Assembly (NCBI GenBank): GCA_963810275.1
Contig: CAWENF010000021.1
Location: 64,001 to 128,000 of the forward strand
Length of the DNA: 64,000 nt
Direction of reading: 5' to 3'
Origin: an uncultured archaeon
Lineage (GTDB): Archaea; Thermoproteota; Bathyarchaeia; Bathyarchaeales; Bathycorpusculaceae
Shown here piece by piece: positions 29,401 to 38,765 of the stretch; positions within the stretch are counted from its first letter, which is position 1; every line of letters starts with the position of its first letter. Both the position numbers and the translations under genes were made by a program. The notes under the pieces are model-generated. The model had not been told where the DNA came from. It was given only the letters and a program-made list of their open reading frames with translations, and searched no databases.

Positions 29401-29804
29401 TTTATGGTATTTTGTCGCAAATTGATGTTCCCAAAGGGATTAAAATTGATGTTGATGTTCACAAAGATTTCTCTTTAGAAGCTGATACTCAACTTCTCAG
29501 AAGAGTCCTCATAAATCTAGTGACTAATGCAATTCAAGCTATGCCCGAAGGAGGAAAAATAACTTTTGAGGCAAAAAGAATCAATGACGAGAGAGTGGAA
29601 ATTACTGTTGGAGATACTGGACTTGGTATTCCTGATGGGATTAATTCAAAAATTTTCACTCCATTATTTACAACTAAATCGCGAGGTCAGGGCTTCGGTT
29701 TAGTGGTATGTAAGAGGGTAATTGAAGCTCAAGGTGGAACGATAGAATTTGAGAGCCGAGTCGGCAAAGGAACAAAATTCAGAATAGAACTACCCATTCA
29801 ATAG
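26472..29804 (+). CDS. CheB-CheR-PAS-histidine kinase fusion
   Basis: CheB motifs GIGASAGG, QHL, SGLGNDG; CheR motifs VTSFFRE, CSTGEEAYS, CRNLLIYF; SNEEL coiled coil; PAS; GHDLRNPL; NLVTNAIQA; DTGLG; GQGFGL. Confidence 0.95.
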   Translation: MYNQFLFTLGELLRQTKQKRIPKESTDKKNDEFPIVGIGASAGGLEPIRELLRYLPNTLGLSFVIIQHLAAGQESLLPEILARSTQMQVVQVTDNMKVTENHVYVIPPGTTMTLENDCLKLVPKVASERPINSFFTSLAIERKSQAIGIVLSGLGNDGTEGLKAIKAEGGITFAQEPKNAQYADMPRNAIDSQAVDFVLQPERIAKELTILAKHPNLIHAKAKELEIQLSKEETDLRKILMLIKTTFGVDFTHYKQTTINRRITRRLVINKSENLREYVDVLRSNKKELQTLFDDLLIGVTSFFREPKTFEILKQKVFPQIIQDRSSGSEKLRFWVPACSTGEEAYSLAIALQEYLQDNDILNISVQIFGTDANEKSIEKARQGTYPKAIEENVSEGRLKQFFTKFDGRYQIAKPIRDMCVFAKHDITTDPPFSNLDLIICRNLLIYFDPYLQERVLPVLHYGLKPDGFLVLGESESVGKFQYLFEPLTIKSTIFKKKRAQPQAAIETGTFVPYTAKKIYNPPQKTDAMTSLKQEIDNELIEQYVPATLLTNSNLDILFFRGQVNPYLIHESGAASFNVKKIVKKELRPQVQMAILRAKKENKAVTDRVTFEEKEINRIVEIQAKPFNASEFDETFFFISFKESSVPALKTLINEEEPKLAGEDLREKQIRELTEDLIASKQTLQSIIESHEATTEELRSTIEEAQSSNEALQSTNEELETAKEELQSSNEELQTLNEELKNRNELLTSTNDDLANLIKNVDTTVVIVDNNFTIRRATASAWGALNIQPSDIGHAIFATNIGNFIKNLETKLNNVTTNFTQVVQEVAGQNGLYYELRIRPYLTSSKKIAGAVLTFVNITERKLLEIQQKGHTEKLEAHVKTQEAKLIDSERMAAIGQTAGMVGHDLRNPLQTLVGELYLAEKALEELPDSEQKDSLHESIAAISEQMHYMDKIVSDLQTFVKPVEVHKEKIDLEKKIYGILSQIDVPKGIKIDVDVHKDFSLEADTQLLRRVLINLVTNAIQAMPEGGKITFEAKRINDERVEITVGDTGLGIPDGINSKIFTPLFTTKSRGQGFGLVVCKRVIEAQGGTIEFESRVGKGTKFRIELPIQ

Positions 29805-30294
29805 TTTGGGTTTAGCGTTTAACTGGACCCCATAGTTTTATCATTTTGGTTTTCGCACATTTTCCTATAATTCCACATCGGTTTCGCCGCTTAACGCTTG
29901 TTGCAAGTTTTGTAACGATGGTCCCGATGGCATATAAAATTAAAAATGCAAACCAAAGACGAAAAAGATAATGATAAACAAAGTATTGATTACTTCTGCA
30001 ACGAAAAATGGTGTAACTACTCTAATTATAAAAATACATAAAAATGGGTTACAAGATAAAAACTCAAAAGTACAAACTCCAACCAATTCACAGGCTATTT
30101 GGGAAGAGTCATCGACTACAATAATAAGGTGCCTTACGGCAGAATGTAATGGAAGTAGACTACAAATTTGCATTACGAAAGCACGGATTTAGAGAGATTG
30201 AACCCAGAGTCGATGATTTACTTTATTTAAGCGAAATCCTCAGTTTGAGCCATGAACTCGCTTAAAAAATCATGAACAAAAAGGGATATGCAAA

Positions 30295-31035
30295 TTGAAG
30301 CAAAGAATTTTGCCCGTAGGATATAATGGTGCAAACAACACAGGCGCGGAAGCTAAGCTTCTGGTCGCCATCAATGAAATACGTTCAGTTCTTGGCCAAG
30401 ACGCCTGCATAACCGCACCTTCCTTAAACGAAGAAAACCTCCGCAAGTATCTCCAAGATGGCCCAACCCTTAAAATCAAAACAGTTCGACCATCTATATT
30501 TTTTGTTGACATCAGAAAACTCATCAAAGAAAACGACTTAATCATGCTTATTGAAGGAAGCACCTACATGGACACCTGGGGGTCAACTCTCCTTTGGTAC
30601 TATCTACTCGCCACAAGATACTCACATTCAATGAATAAACCCTGTATCGCCTACTCGGTAGATGAAGGCAGAGCGTCCCGTTTTAACCGTTGGCTAATTA
30701 GCCGCGAAGCAAGCAAAACTATCCTAATACTCGCAAGGACAAAGAACGCTGCTATACGGCGTCATGAATGGGGCGTGAAAGCTCCAATTGAAATCAACGC
30801 AGACAACGCGTTTGCGTTTAAACCCAACTATCAGGATCGCGACGTTCTAAAACGGGTTTGGCCTGAGGCATCCAATGCAGTAGGTATAGCCGCTGAAGAC
30901 ATCTATATGTGGCCTGTTCAGATTAAGCTTTGGGACAAAAAACAGTACTGCTACCGCTGGCCCTACTACTATCAGCATTCCAAGGTATGTCAAGAAAAAA
31001 GCGAATTATTAGTGGATGTTCTTGCCGCCTACTAA
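30295..31035 (+). CDS. Polysaccharide pyruvyl transferase family protein, possibly C-terminally truncated
   Basis: GYNGANNTGAEA N-terminal motif and ADNAF. Ends at 246 aa without an obvious C-terminal domain. Confidence 0.65.
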   Translation: MKQRILPVGYNGANNTGAEAKLLVAINEIRSVLGQDACITAPSLNEENLRKYLQDGPTLKIKTVRPSIFFVDIRKLIKENDLIMLIEGSTYMDTWGSTLLWYYLLATRYSHSMNKPCIAYSVDEGRASRFNRWLISREASKTILILARTKNAAIRRHEWGVKAPIEINADNAFAFKPNYQDRDVLKRVWPEASNAVGIAAEDIYMWPVQIKLWDKKQYCYRWPYYYQHSKVCQEKSELLVDVLAAY

Positions 31036-31156
31036 GAGATGGAGAAACAGAGATACAACGTATCACTAAACAAAAGGACATGAGTAAGAAAAGTGGTTTT
31101 TAAGCTTCGATACACAATACTATTGGTACTAGACTGTAACAATAAGGAGGAATATC

Positions 31157-31405
31157 ATGAGTAAATCAAGGCAAGGTGGAAGTTATGAGGGACGGCGTGG
31201 TCACGGCAAGGGTTTTAAACGTTGCCCAGTGGAGTTGGATGAAGAATTGGAAGTAGCAATTACGGAATTAAGCCCAAAAGGGGAAGGTATAGCTAGAAGT
31301 CAAGGCTACGTAATTTATGTTGCCGACACAAAACCAGGGGACATAGTAAAAGTAAAGATTAATAGATTAACCAACATGGCGGCAAATGCACAAGTGGTCA
31401 AATAG
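31157..31405 (+). CDS. Single TRAM-domain protein (RNA chaperone)
   Basis: PVE....EV.I......GEGIAR.QGYVIYV....PGD.VKVKI. SD AAGGAGG. Confidence 0.9.
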   Translation: MSKSRQGGSYEGRRGHGKGFKRCPVELDEELEVAITELSPKGEGIARSQGYVIYVADTKPGDIVKVKINRLTNMAANAQVVK

Positions 31406-31676
31406 ATTCGCTACTAAAAAGCGAACTAAAATCTGCCAAATCAAAGCATTTTATTACAATAAATATTTAAAAATTTGGCTAATTCTTAAAGAGTTTAAAT
31501 CCTTGTATGACACTATATAAATTTGAAGAGTCAACGATTTTGGAACTATAAAATGCTAAGTCTTCATTGTGTCAAATTCATCTCAGTTTGATTCTGAGAT
31601 AAAGCAACTCATTTGAATTCATAAAACGTTGACTACATAAAAAAACAATTACTGGATATTAAGGAGAGAATAAAAA

Positions 31677-33320
31677 ATAGCATATTTAACACAAACTCAA
31701 AGTGGTCAACCAGTCCTCATCTTGAAGGAAGGAACCACCAGAAGCAGAGGTAAAGAAGCCAAAAGAAACAATATTATGGCAGCCCGAGTAGTCGGTGAAG
31801 TACTAAAAACCACTTTAGGCCCACGGGGCATGGATAAAATGCTTATCGACAGCCTGGGTGACATAACAATAACTAACGATGGCGCCACAATTCTCAAAGA
31901 AATGGACGTGGAGCACCCTGCAGCGAAAATGATGATTGAAATCGCTAAAACCCAAGATGACATGGTAGGCGACGGAACCACGACCGCTGTTGTTTTAGCC
32001 AGTGAACTGCTCAGAAAAGCCGAAGAACTCCTTGACCAGAACATTCACTCAATTATTCTTGTGGCGGGGTACCGTAAAGCAGCACAGAAAACAATCGAAA
32101 TAATAGCAAAAAACGCTGTTGACATCGATGTTGAGGATAAAGAAATGATGATGAAAGTTGCTTTGACGTCCATGGGAAGCAAAGCAGTAGGTGGCGCTAA
32201 AGAGCACTTTGCAGAAATAGCTATCGAAGCTGTGAAACAAGTAGCCCAGAAGCACGGCGACCAGATGATAGCCGACATAGATAACATACAATTGGTGAAA
32301 AAGACAGGAAAAAGCCTCAACGAAACGCAACTCTTCAGAGGCATAATCGTAGACAAAGAGGTCATCAATCCGGGAATGCCAAAGAAGATAGAGAACGCGA
32401 AAATTGCACTTTTAGATATAGCTCTGGAGATTGAAAAGACCGAAATAACTGCGGAAATACGCATACACGAACCCAACCAAATGAAAGCCTTTCTAGACCA
32501 AGAGGATAACACCCTCAAAGAAATGGTGACCAAGATCAAAGCTTCAGGCGCAAACATTGTTTTCTGCCAAAAAGGCATCGACGATATGGTCCAGCACTTC
32601 TTAACTAGAGAAGGCATAATGGCCGGACGCAGAATCAAAGAGTCAGACATGGAAAAGCTCGCAAGAGCCACAGGCGGAAAAATAACCGCTAACTTGAATG
32701 ATTTGAAAACGGCTGACTTGGGATTTGCGGGCTTAGTGGAAGAGCGCAAGATCGGCGACGACAAAATGATTTTTGTCGAAAAATGCAAGGACCCTCATAG
32801 CGTAGCCATTCTCATCAGAGCAGGGCTTGAGCGAATGGTGGATGAAGCTGAAAGAATAATAATCGACGCTTTATCAGTAATTTCAGACGTTACAGAAAAC
32901 AACAAAATTGTCGCTGGCGGCGGCGCAATTGAAATCGAAATCGCCAAAGAACTCCGCAACTACTCAACCAAAATCGGGGGAAGACAGCAACTCGCAATAG
33001 AAGCCTTCGCAGATGCAGTCGAAGTCATTCCGCGCACTCTTGCAGAGAATGGAGGTTTACAACAAATCGACGTACTCATAGCGCTACGTCAAGTACACGA
33101 TAAGGAAGACGGCAAGTACATTGGCATCAACGTATTTACAGGTAAACTGCAAAACAGCATTGAAAATGGAGTCGTAGAGCCGGCGGTCGTCAAAGAACAA
33201 GCCTTCAAATCAGCCGCCGAATCAGCAGCCATGATACTACGCGTAGACGACATCATAACAGCTAAATCTCCAAAAGGCGGTCCAGGTGGACCAGACGGAA
33301 TGCCTAGTAGTATGGGATAA
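31677..33320 (+). CDS. Thermosome subunit (group II chaperonin)
   Basis: Motifs [25 protein letters not shown] and GGGAIE. The conserved N-terminus ([18 protein letters not shown]) extends to ATA 31677 behind SD AAGGAG. Confidence 0.95.
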   Translation: MAYLTQTQSGQPVLILKEGTTRSRGKEAKRNNIMAARVVGEVLKTTLGPRGMDKMLIDSLGDITITNDGATILKEMDVEHPAAKMMIEIAKTQDDMVGDGTTTAVVLASELLRKAEELLDQNIHSIILVAGYRKAAQKTIEIIAKNAVDIDVEDKEMMMKVALTSMGSKAVGGAKEHFAEIAIEAVKQVAQKHGDQMIADIDNIQLVKKTGKSLNETQLFRGIIVDKEVINPGMPKKIENAKIALLDIALEIEKTEITAEIRIHEPNQMKAFLDQEDNTLKEMVTKIKASGANIVFCQKGIDDMVQHFLTREGIMAGRRIKESDMEKLARATGGKITANLNDLKTADLGFAGLVEERKIGDDKMIFVEKCKDPHSVAILIRAGLERMVDEAERIIIDALSVISDVTENNKIVAGGGAIEIEIAKELRNYSTKIGGRQQLAIEAFADAVEVIPRTLAENGGLQQIDVLIALRQVHDKEDGKYIGINVFTGKLQNSIENGVVEPAVVKEQAFKSAAESAAMILRVDDIITAKSPKGGPGGPDGMPSSMG

Positions 33321-33553
33321 GAATAAATTTTTCCTATATACCTTAAGGCTAAAGAAGTGATTAATTATGCCAAAAATATCCCAATTTTTACATTCAATAA
33401 TGAGAAAATGTAATATAGAATGGAACTTCTGGTGTTCCAAGCAGATATATAAGTGCACAAAATGTGGAATTAAAATTAGAGGATTTTTCAAGGAAAACGC
33501 GCTAAAATTTGTCTTGAGCGCACACAACCGGTGGCTTACGAAGAATTAGAGCG

Positions 33554-33727
33554 TCAATCGATTCCAGTTGAAAGAGAAAAAGCCGGCAGATACGTAATAT
33601 TGGAGAACTTCACAACCCATTCGTCCTGAGCTAATTCATTTAATTCCTTTTCAAAACTTGACTTAATGTTTTCCAAAAGATAATCGCCAGATTCGTCGCC
33701 CCAATAAACAACTTTGAATTCGTTCAT
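33554..33727 (-). CDS. Small DUF4177-like protein, possibly truncated
   Basis: From ATG 33727: MNEFKVV...FEKELNELAQDEWVV. Confidence 0.45.
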   Translation of the reverse strand: MNEFKVVYWGDESGDYLLENIKSSFEKELNELAQDEWVVKFSNITYLPAFSLSTGID

Positions 33728-33860
33728 AATAAAATCCTTACAGCCCATGCCGCTATTAATTAATTTAGCACTTGCTCTCAAATTCTTTACGAGCAGAAAT
33801 CCAAAAGGATTAGTAAGTGCAAAAGAAAAACATTGATTCCTCAAATTAAAGTTTCAGCAT

Positions 33861-34277
33861 TCAACATTTACGAGAAATCTGTTTTAGGTAACATTCCTTA
33901 CAAAAAGGGGTTTTGTATTTTTTTAATCTTTTAGACTCGAATATTTGCCCGCAGTCACTACATTTAACTTTTGCCGCTTGTTTTGGGTCAAGAAGCCTGA
34001 TCCTTTTTTCTATCTCTGTTTTAATTTCGTTATCATTCTCGGTTAATAACGCTTTTTTCAGCAAATCTAATGCAAAGTCAGTGCTTTTTTCACCGAAGAG
34101 TACACCAAATGTGTTTGGGTTTTTTCCTTTTACAAACTCAATTTTAAGCGGAAGCATGCAAACAAAATTCGCAGGATAATGCTGAGCTTTACTATAATCA
34201 ACTACTGCAAAGCGGTAGCTGGGTCCAGCATTTCTTGTGCCTGTATCGAATCTAAACGCCTGCAATTTACAATTCAT
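33861..34277 (-). CDS. Hypothetical protein with C-terminal zinc ribbon
   Basis: 138 aa ending in VKCSDCG...FCKECY. Confidence 0.75.
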   Translation of the reverse strand: MNCKLQAFRFDTGTRNAGPSYRFAVVDYSKAQHYPANFVCMLPLKIEFVKGKNPNTFGVLFGEKSTDFALDLLKKALLTENDNEIKTEIEKRIRLLDPKQAAKVKCSDCGQIFESKRLKKYKTPFCKECYLKQISRKC

Positions 34278-34297
34278 TAAACCGCCAGCTTACCTTT

Positions 34298-34516
34298 TTA
34301 CTTCCAATTTTTGCGTCGCCTAGACCACGCATCATTTTCATTATTAGAACTTGAATTAACTGTTCCTATGCTTCTTCCAGTGTTTGTTCTGGGCGTTCTA
34401 TGTTTAGGTAAGCACTCTCTGCAGTAAACAGGTCTATCAGGGGTAGGTTTAAAGGAAACAGTGGTTGTTTTGCCACAATCACTACATTTTATAACCGTCG
34501 AAACTCTATCAGACAT
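34298..34516 (-). CDS. CxxC-x17-CxxC domain protein
   Basis: IKCSDCGKTTTVSFKPTPDRPVYCRECL. Confidence 0.88.
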   Translation of the reverse strand: MSDRVSTVIKCSDCGKTTTVSFKPTPDRPVYCRECLPKHRTPRTNTGRSIGTVNSSSNNENDAWSRRRKNWK

Positions 34517-34614
34517 AACTTTGGTAATCCTGTTAATCCTTAGGCTAAAAAATAGCTCAAATTAACTTTTATCTTAAAGGCATACTTTGACATAAACATT
34601 TGGATACTCGACAG

Positions 34615-34888
34615 TCATTCTTTATTAAGAATTATTTAAATCCTAGGAACAATTCTCGATTTATTTTCGCCTTGTCTTAGCAGCGTCTCGGCAGTATCGA
34701 TTTCTATTTGTAACTTTAAGGTCTTTGATGAAGCGGTTTCTCAACATCAACGGTTGTTGTTATCGCTTGTCCGCGGGCTTTCAGATAACTACTTTTTGGT
34801 TATTTTAGAAGGCGGGTATAATTGATAACACACAACTCATGGATGGCTTGTTTTCAACGAAAATTGGATCGGCGGGTTCTTGTGTCAA
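34615..34888 (-). pseudogene. albA: Alba (Sac10b) DNA/RNA-binding protein pseudogene
   Basis: Pieces across frames: IFVENKPSMSCVLSII, LKARGQAITTTVDV, RNRFIKDLKV, IEIDT, RQGENKSRIV. Internal stops and frameshifts. Confidence 0.85.
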
Positions 34889-35254
34889 ACAAAAATTTGC
34901 TCTTGTTTTTGGCGTTCTGGAGTATGCCAAACAGTAAAACATTAACTCTTAGCCATTATACCTTCTTAATAAAGCAACGTGTGTCAACTCAAGTTGCTCG
35001 TTTGAATGTGTTTTAACCATAATTATAATTATATTACGTTATCCTGAAATAACAGGCTCACTATCTGCCATTGGCTTAAAGGGAACATTGGCGGTTTTGT
35101 CGCAGTCACTTCTTTTTATTTGGTTGAAGGTCTTTCAGAAATATGGGTTGATATGTTGAGTTTAGTCTCAATAGTAGCAAAGAATTAACCTGACAATTGA
35201 GATTACTTTGACATAAAGGTTTAGACCGAAGGTTCTGCTCGAATTATGTTTGAA

Positions 35255-35353
35255 TTAAGTAATCGATTCGTCAGCATTTTCATCAATGATTGCCCCTCGG
35301 ATTTTGCCGCCTCCCAACCGTTCTACCCTTTTGACAGGATTTTTATACTTCAT
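35255..35353 (-). CDS. Possible 32-aa small protein
   Basis: MKYKNPVKRVERLGGGKIRGAIIDENADESIT*, with SD GAGGTGA 6 nt upstream. Confidence 0.35.
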   Translation of the reverse strand: MKYKNPVKRVERLGGGKIRGAIIDENADESIT

Positions 35354-35511
35354 AATGCGTCACCTCAGAATAAGACACATCTATTTTTCCCGCTAACTCG
35401 CCATGCACTCCCACTTTATGTATGTCAGCAACTAACCCCTCGCTTCTCCCGCCTTCTTTGACTGTTTTTCCGCACTCAGTGCATTTAGCGTTAATTTTAA
35501 CTGTCCCTCCC

Positions 35512-35817
35512 CTACATTGTCAGATAATTATGGTTTTTAAGCCAGTCTGACTGGTTCTTTCGGTACCGCCAAAATATATCGCCCCTAGTTCCTGCTTGGA
35601 AATCCCAAGGCGAAACCAAAACAATGTCACCTTCTCTTATCCAAACACGTCTTTTTAGTTTACCTCTAACCCTGCATAGACGTTCCTTTCCATCTTGACA
35701 TTTAACCATGATTCTCTCGGCACCCAGCATTTTTACGGCTATGCCCAAAACATCGTTTGGTGAAGGAAGAATCATATTATTTAGGTTGCCTTCATTTGTT
35801 ATTTTTCGTTTTCCCAT
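35512..35817 (-). CDS. eif1a: Translation initiation factor aIF-1A
   Basis: MLGAERIMVKCQDGKERLCRVRGKLKRRVWIREGDIVLVSPWDFQ...GDIFWRY. Confidence 0.96.
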   Translation of the reverse strand: MGKRKITNEGNLNNMILPSPNDVLGIAVKMLGAERIMVKCQDGKERLCRVRGKLKRRVWIREGDIVLVSPWDFQAGTRGDIFWRYRKNQSDWLKNHNYLTM

Positions 35818-36184
35818 TTTATGTTGTCCAATGTGGCGTTAAACCACTTATAATCAGAATAATCCGAGAAAAAGCAGCTAAATTTTGGGTTTAGTCCTCC
35901 TCAAAAGAATTCTAACAGTACATTCATGGGTTAATCAACTATATTAGAGTATGCGCTCATAAAGGATATTTTGAGCTTAAAAACTCGTAAAAAACCTAAA
36001 ACAACCTTTTTTCATAAAAAACTTGATAAAACATTTTTTAATCGAAAAAAGGCCACAGATTTCAACCTTTATTAGTCTGATACAATGGTATTGTTAACTG
36101 AAGAGTCTCTATTATCCTCTTGGAATTGACTGATTGAATAATTGATTCTTTTCTAAACATAAAATAACGTAGAGGTAAATAGAA

Positions 36185-36319
36185 ATGTGTCAACTTAGAG
36201 TCGGTTTAGTTAAGAACTGCCGCAGATGCAAATCATCCGTACGGCCGCATTGCGAATTTAGAAAGAAAACTACCAAAAAAATCTATGCAAATAATGTCAA
36301 GAAGAAAGAAACAGCATAG
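36185..36319 (+). CDS. Small basic Cys-rich protein (44 aa), not in ORF track
   Basis: MCQLRVGLVKNCRRCKSSVRPHCEFRKK..., with SD GAGGT upstream. Confidence 0.45.
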   Translation: MCQLRVGLVKNCRRCKSSVRPHCEFRKKTTKKIYANNVKKKETA

Positions 36320-36796
36320 TAATTCCTTTCCTTTTTAGTTGCTTTCTATGAGTAAACATAGTCAGAAACCCTTTGAGCTATTAGAATGTAAAAGTTAAAT
36401 TTATAAAACGAGCAATTTATTCAGAGTCAGCGTTCACTTAATATATGGAAAATAAATACTTAATAAATAACTGATTGAGTGATAGTTTGAGTCACTTGTC
36501 TACTTTTTGAGCAAAAATCCTCGCACCTACTCAAATCATGTCAAGCGTTTCCTAAAAATTCCTTAAATTAAGTTGTTTATAAGCCTGGTAGTACATGGTA
36601 TAAGTGAAAAGCCCTTTTGCTTAGAATATAGCTAGTAACTTTTCTTGATTTCGTTAGAAGAGAGAAAAATGAAAAAAAATATTGAAGTATTAAAGATCAC
36701 AGGTGCCACATTTAGGTCATCTGCGAAAATCATTTCCAGTTTCTGCCCAGAAATAATATGTAGAGATGAAGATAACAATAAAAAAGGTGATTCAAA

Positions 36797-37021
36797 ATAT
36801 TTTGTGTAGGGGATTATACGCAGTGTCCCGAATGCACCAAACTGGGCCGTATTGTTTGGATCTCACAAAATAAACAGATTGTTGGAATCCAATGTTCAGC
36901 AAGTCATAGCACAGAAAGGGGACTTGATTCATATGGATTCCCAAGGAAGGCAGCTAAAGCGAACAAGAATAGTGTTTTTCTTGTTAAAACTGAATCAATA
37001 ATAAAACAGACAGAGATATAG
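36797..37021 (+). CDS. Small putative zinc-binding protein (74 aa) with apparent ATA start, not in ORF track
   Basis: (I)FCVGDYTQCPECTKLGRIVWISQNKQIVGIQCSASH... SD AGGTGA 6 nt upstream. In-frame stop 3 codons upstream. Confidence 0.6.
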   Translation: MFCVGDYTQCPECTKLGRIVWISQNKQIVGIQCSASHSTERGLDSYGFPRKAAKANKNSVFLVKTESIIKQTEI

Positions 37022-37025
37022 AATA

Positions 37026-37556
37026 TTGAAACAAAGTTATGCTCTCGCAAATAAAATAGCAATAGCTAATGCCGAGAATAACGGCCTTAATTTGTTGGTT
37101 AGTAATTTCTATGCAAAATATTCACGCTTTACCCTTAAAGCGCTAAGTAAAAGTCTTTTTCAAGAATTTCTATCCGACATACTAAAATTAGAGGAAATTC
37201 CCCACAGAAGTATTGATAGCATTCGTATTGAAATTTTTCCTGCACTAAGAAAAAATGGGTTAACTATTGCTGGAAAATGTAACACACTTAAGGGCAAAAT
37301 TCGTATTTATCCAAAACCTATGAGGTTTTGCGATGCATTTAGGAAGGAACATGGGCGATATTTATTGGTTGAGTACGCGGGAAGCAGAGCTAGAGCCGCG
37401 TTAATTCATGAGTTGCTTCACTTAAAATATGGGAGTGACGAGGTTAAGGTGCAAAAATTAACGAAGGAGTATTATTCGGAATTAATTAAAAAAGAAAATG
37501 TGAATAGCGCAAAGGCGTTATACGTGTGTAAGCTAATATTCGCATGTATGAATTAA
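37026..37556 (+). CDS. Hypothetical protein with HExxH (zincin-like) motif
   Basis: AGKC...KIRIY...ALIHELLHLKY..DE. Confidence 0.7.
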   Translation: MKQSYALANKIAIANAENNGLNLLVSNFYAKYSRFTLKALSKSLFQEFLSDILKLEEIPHRSIDSIRIEIFPALRKNGLTIAGKCNTLKGKIRIYPKPMRFCDAFRKEHGRYLLVEYAGSRARAALIHELLHLKYGSDEVKVQKLTKEYYSELIKKENVNSAKALYVCKLIFACMN

Positions 37557-37833
37557 TGTAAATTCAGAACTATTTGCTGCAAAGATCAACTCCCCCCAGG
37601 GTAAAAGGAATCTATGACATTAGTGAAGCCTGCTCTGAAGGGGAGCAGGATTTTTTTCCTCTCTTAAAGTAAGATAAGCGCTAATTCCTCGTCCAAACAA
37701 CTTAGTTGACATTCGGTTAACATTCAAAAGGTTCTGCACTAAGCAGAACACACAGTTCTTGAACTGCGATTTCACATTAATCATATCACACCGAAATGAA
37801 AGTTTAACTTCTTTGAGTTATAGTAAATAGATT

Positions 37834-38355
37834 GTGGTTAACATGCAATACGAAAACGTGATCTTTAAAAATTTCACAGGCTTTCACTGTAGGAAATGCG
37901 GAATATGTTGCATAAATCAACCACCAGATATTAACTTCAAAGAAGAAAAAAGAATAAAAACTGCAGGTTACAAAAATTTCATGCAAGACCCATCAAACCC
38001 AAAGAACCGAAACATTCGCAGAAAAAAAGACGGAAGTTGCTTATTCTTTACAAAAGAAAAAACATGTGAGATTAACTCTATTAAACCATCAATCTGCTTT
38101 CTAGAACCATTCATTATAACAGACTTTGATTATAGCACGAACAAGATTTTTATCGATTTAAATCCTTGCGCAATCAATGATTGTAAAGGTATCCTGACTG
38201 AGGAAAATGTAGCTATTGAAGAAATTGGTAAAGCCGCCCAAACTATCGTTTCGGACTGTTTAGAAATAGTCGCTGAGAAAACAGGGCTCTCAGTAAGTGA
38301 TAAGAAAGTTGCCTTTTTAACGAGGCAACTATTGAATGATTCAAATTTCATCTAA
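37834..38355 (+). CDS. YkgJ-family cysteine cluster protein
   Basis: FHCRKCGICC, GSCLFF and CEINSIKPSICFLEPF. Confidence 0.88.
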   Translation: MVNMQYENVIFKNFTGFHCRKCGICCINQPPDINFKEEKRIKTAGYKNFMQDPSNPKNRNIRRKKDGSCLFFTKEKTCEINSIKPSICFLEPFIITDFDYSTNKIFIDLNPCAINDCKGILTEENVAIEEIGKAAQTIVSDCLEIVAEKTGLSVSDKKVAFLTRQLLNDSNFI

Positions 38356-38384
38356 AATGAATATAGGGATAACCTGGTCCAATC

Positions 38385-38580
38385 CTAAAACACTGGAAAT
38401 CAAAATGTCCGCTTTGCCTAGTGAATGCTGTTGGAATATTGTATAGCACGGCTTTTGGAGGAACAGCTTTAACATCAACATCATGAGGCTGAGACTCAAG
38501 AGTATCCCAAAAAAACATTAAACAAAAGTTTCCTATTAGAAATAATACTTCTAAGCTCCATATCGCCTTCGTTAAGACCG
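38385..38580 (-). pseudogene. mgsA: Methylglyoxal synthase remnant
   Basis: Reads EGDMEL...LMFFWDTLESQPHDVDVKAVPPKAVLYNIPTA, then a frameshift, then KADILISS. Matches the recalled MgsA pattern FFWDP...PHD.DVKALLR.A...NIP.A....ADF. Confidence 0.8.
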
Positions 38581-38765
38581 TTAATACTCTTCATTAATGT
38601 TCATCCCAAAATGTAGTTTATGCGTAATATTGGGTGTTTACATAAAAAAATGCTGGTTTATCAGTATTAATGACCTCCCTTAACGAAATACTCACAGCAA
38701 CACCCCCCAAGCACCAGTAATACTTAAGGCTTAAATTACCCAAGAAGAATGACTAGCCGTATGAA

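Noticed and set aside
29940-30192. Short ORFs on both strands after the kinase
   Set aside because: AT-rich with no recognisable motif. Could be a decayed gene but cannot be identified.
32045-32788. 247-aa antisense ORF, and similar antisense ORFs within uvrA, uvrB and coxA
   Set aside because: Shadow frames of well-supported genes on the opposite strand.
33367-33549. 60-aa ORF with CTKC
   Set aside because: No SD and it overlaps the thermosome downstream region. Evidence is insufficient.
34822-35461. Plus-strand ORFs 34822..35016 and 35246..35461
   Set aside because: They lie antisense to the Alba remnant and a small minus-strand ORF and have no motifs.
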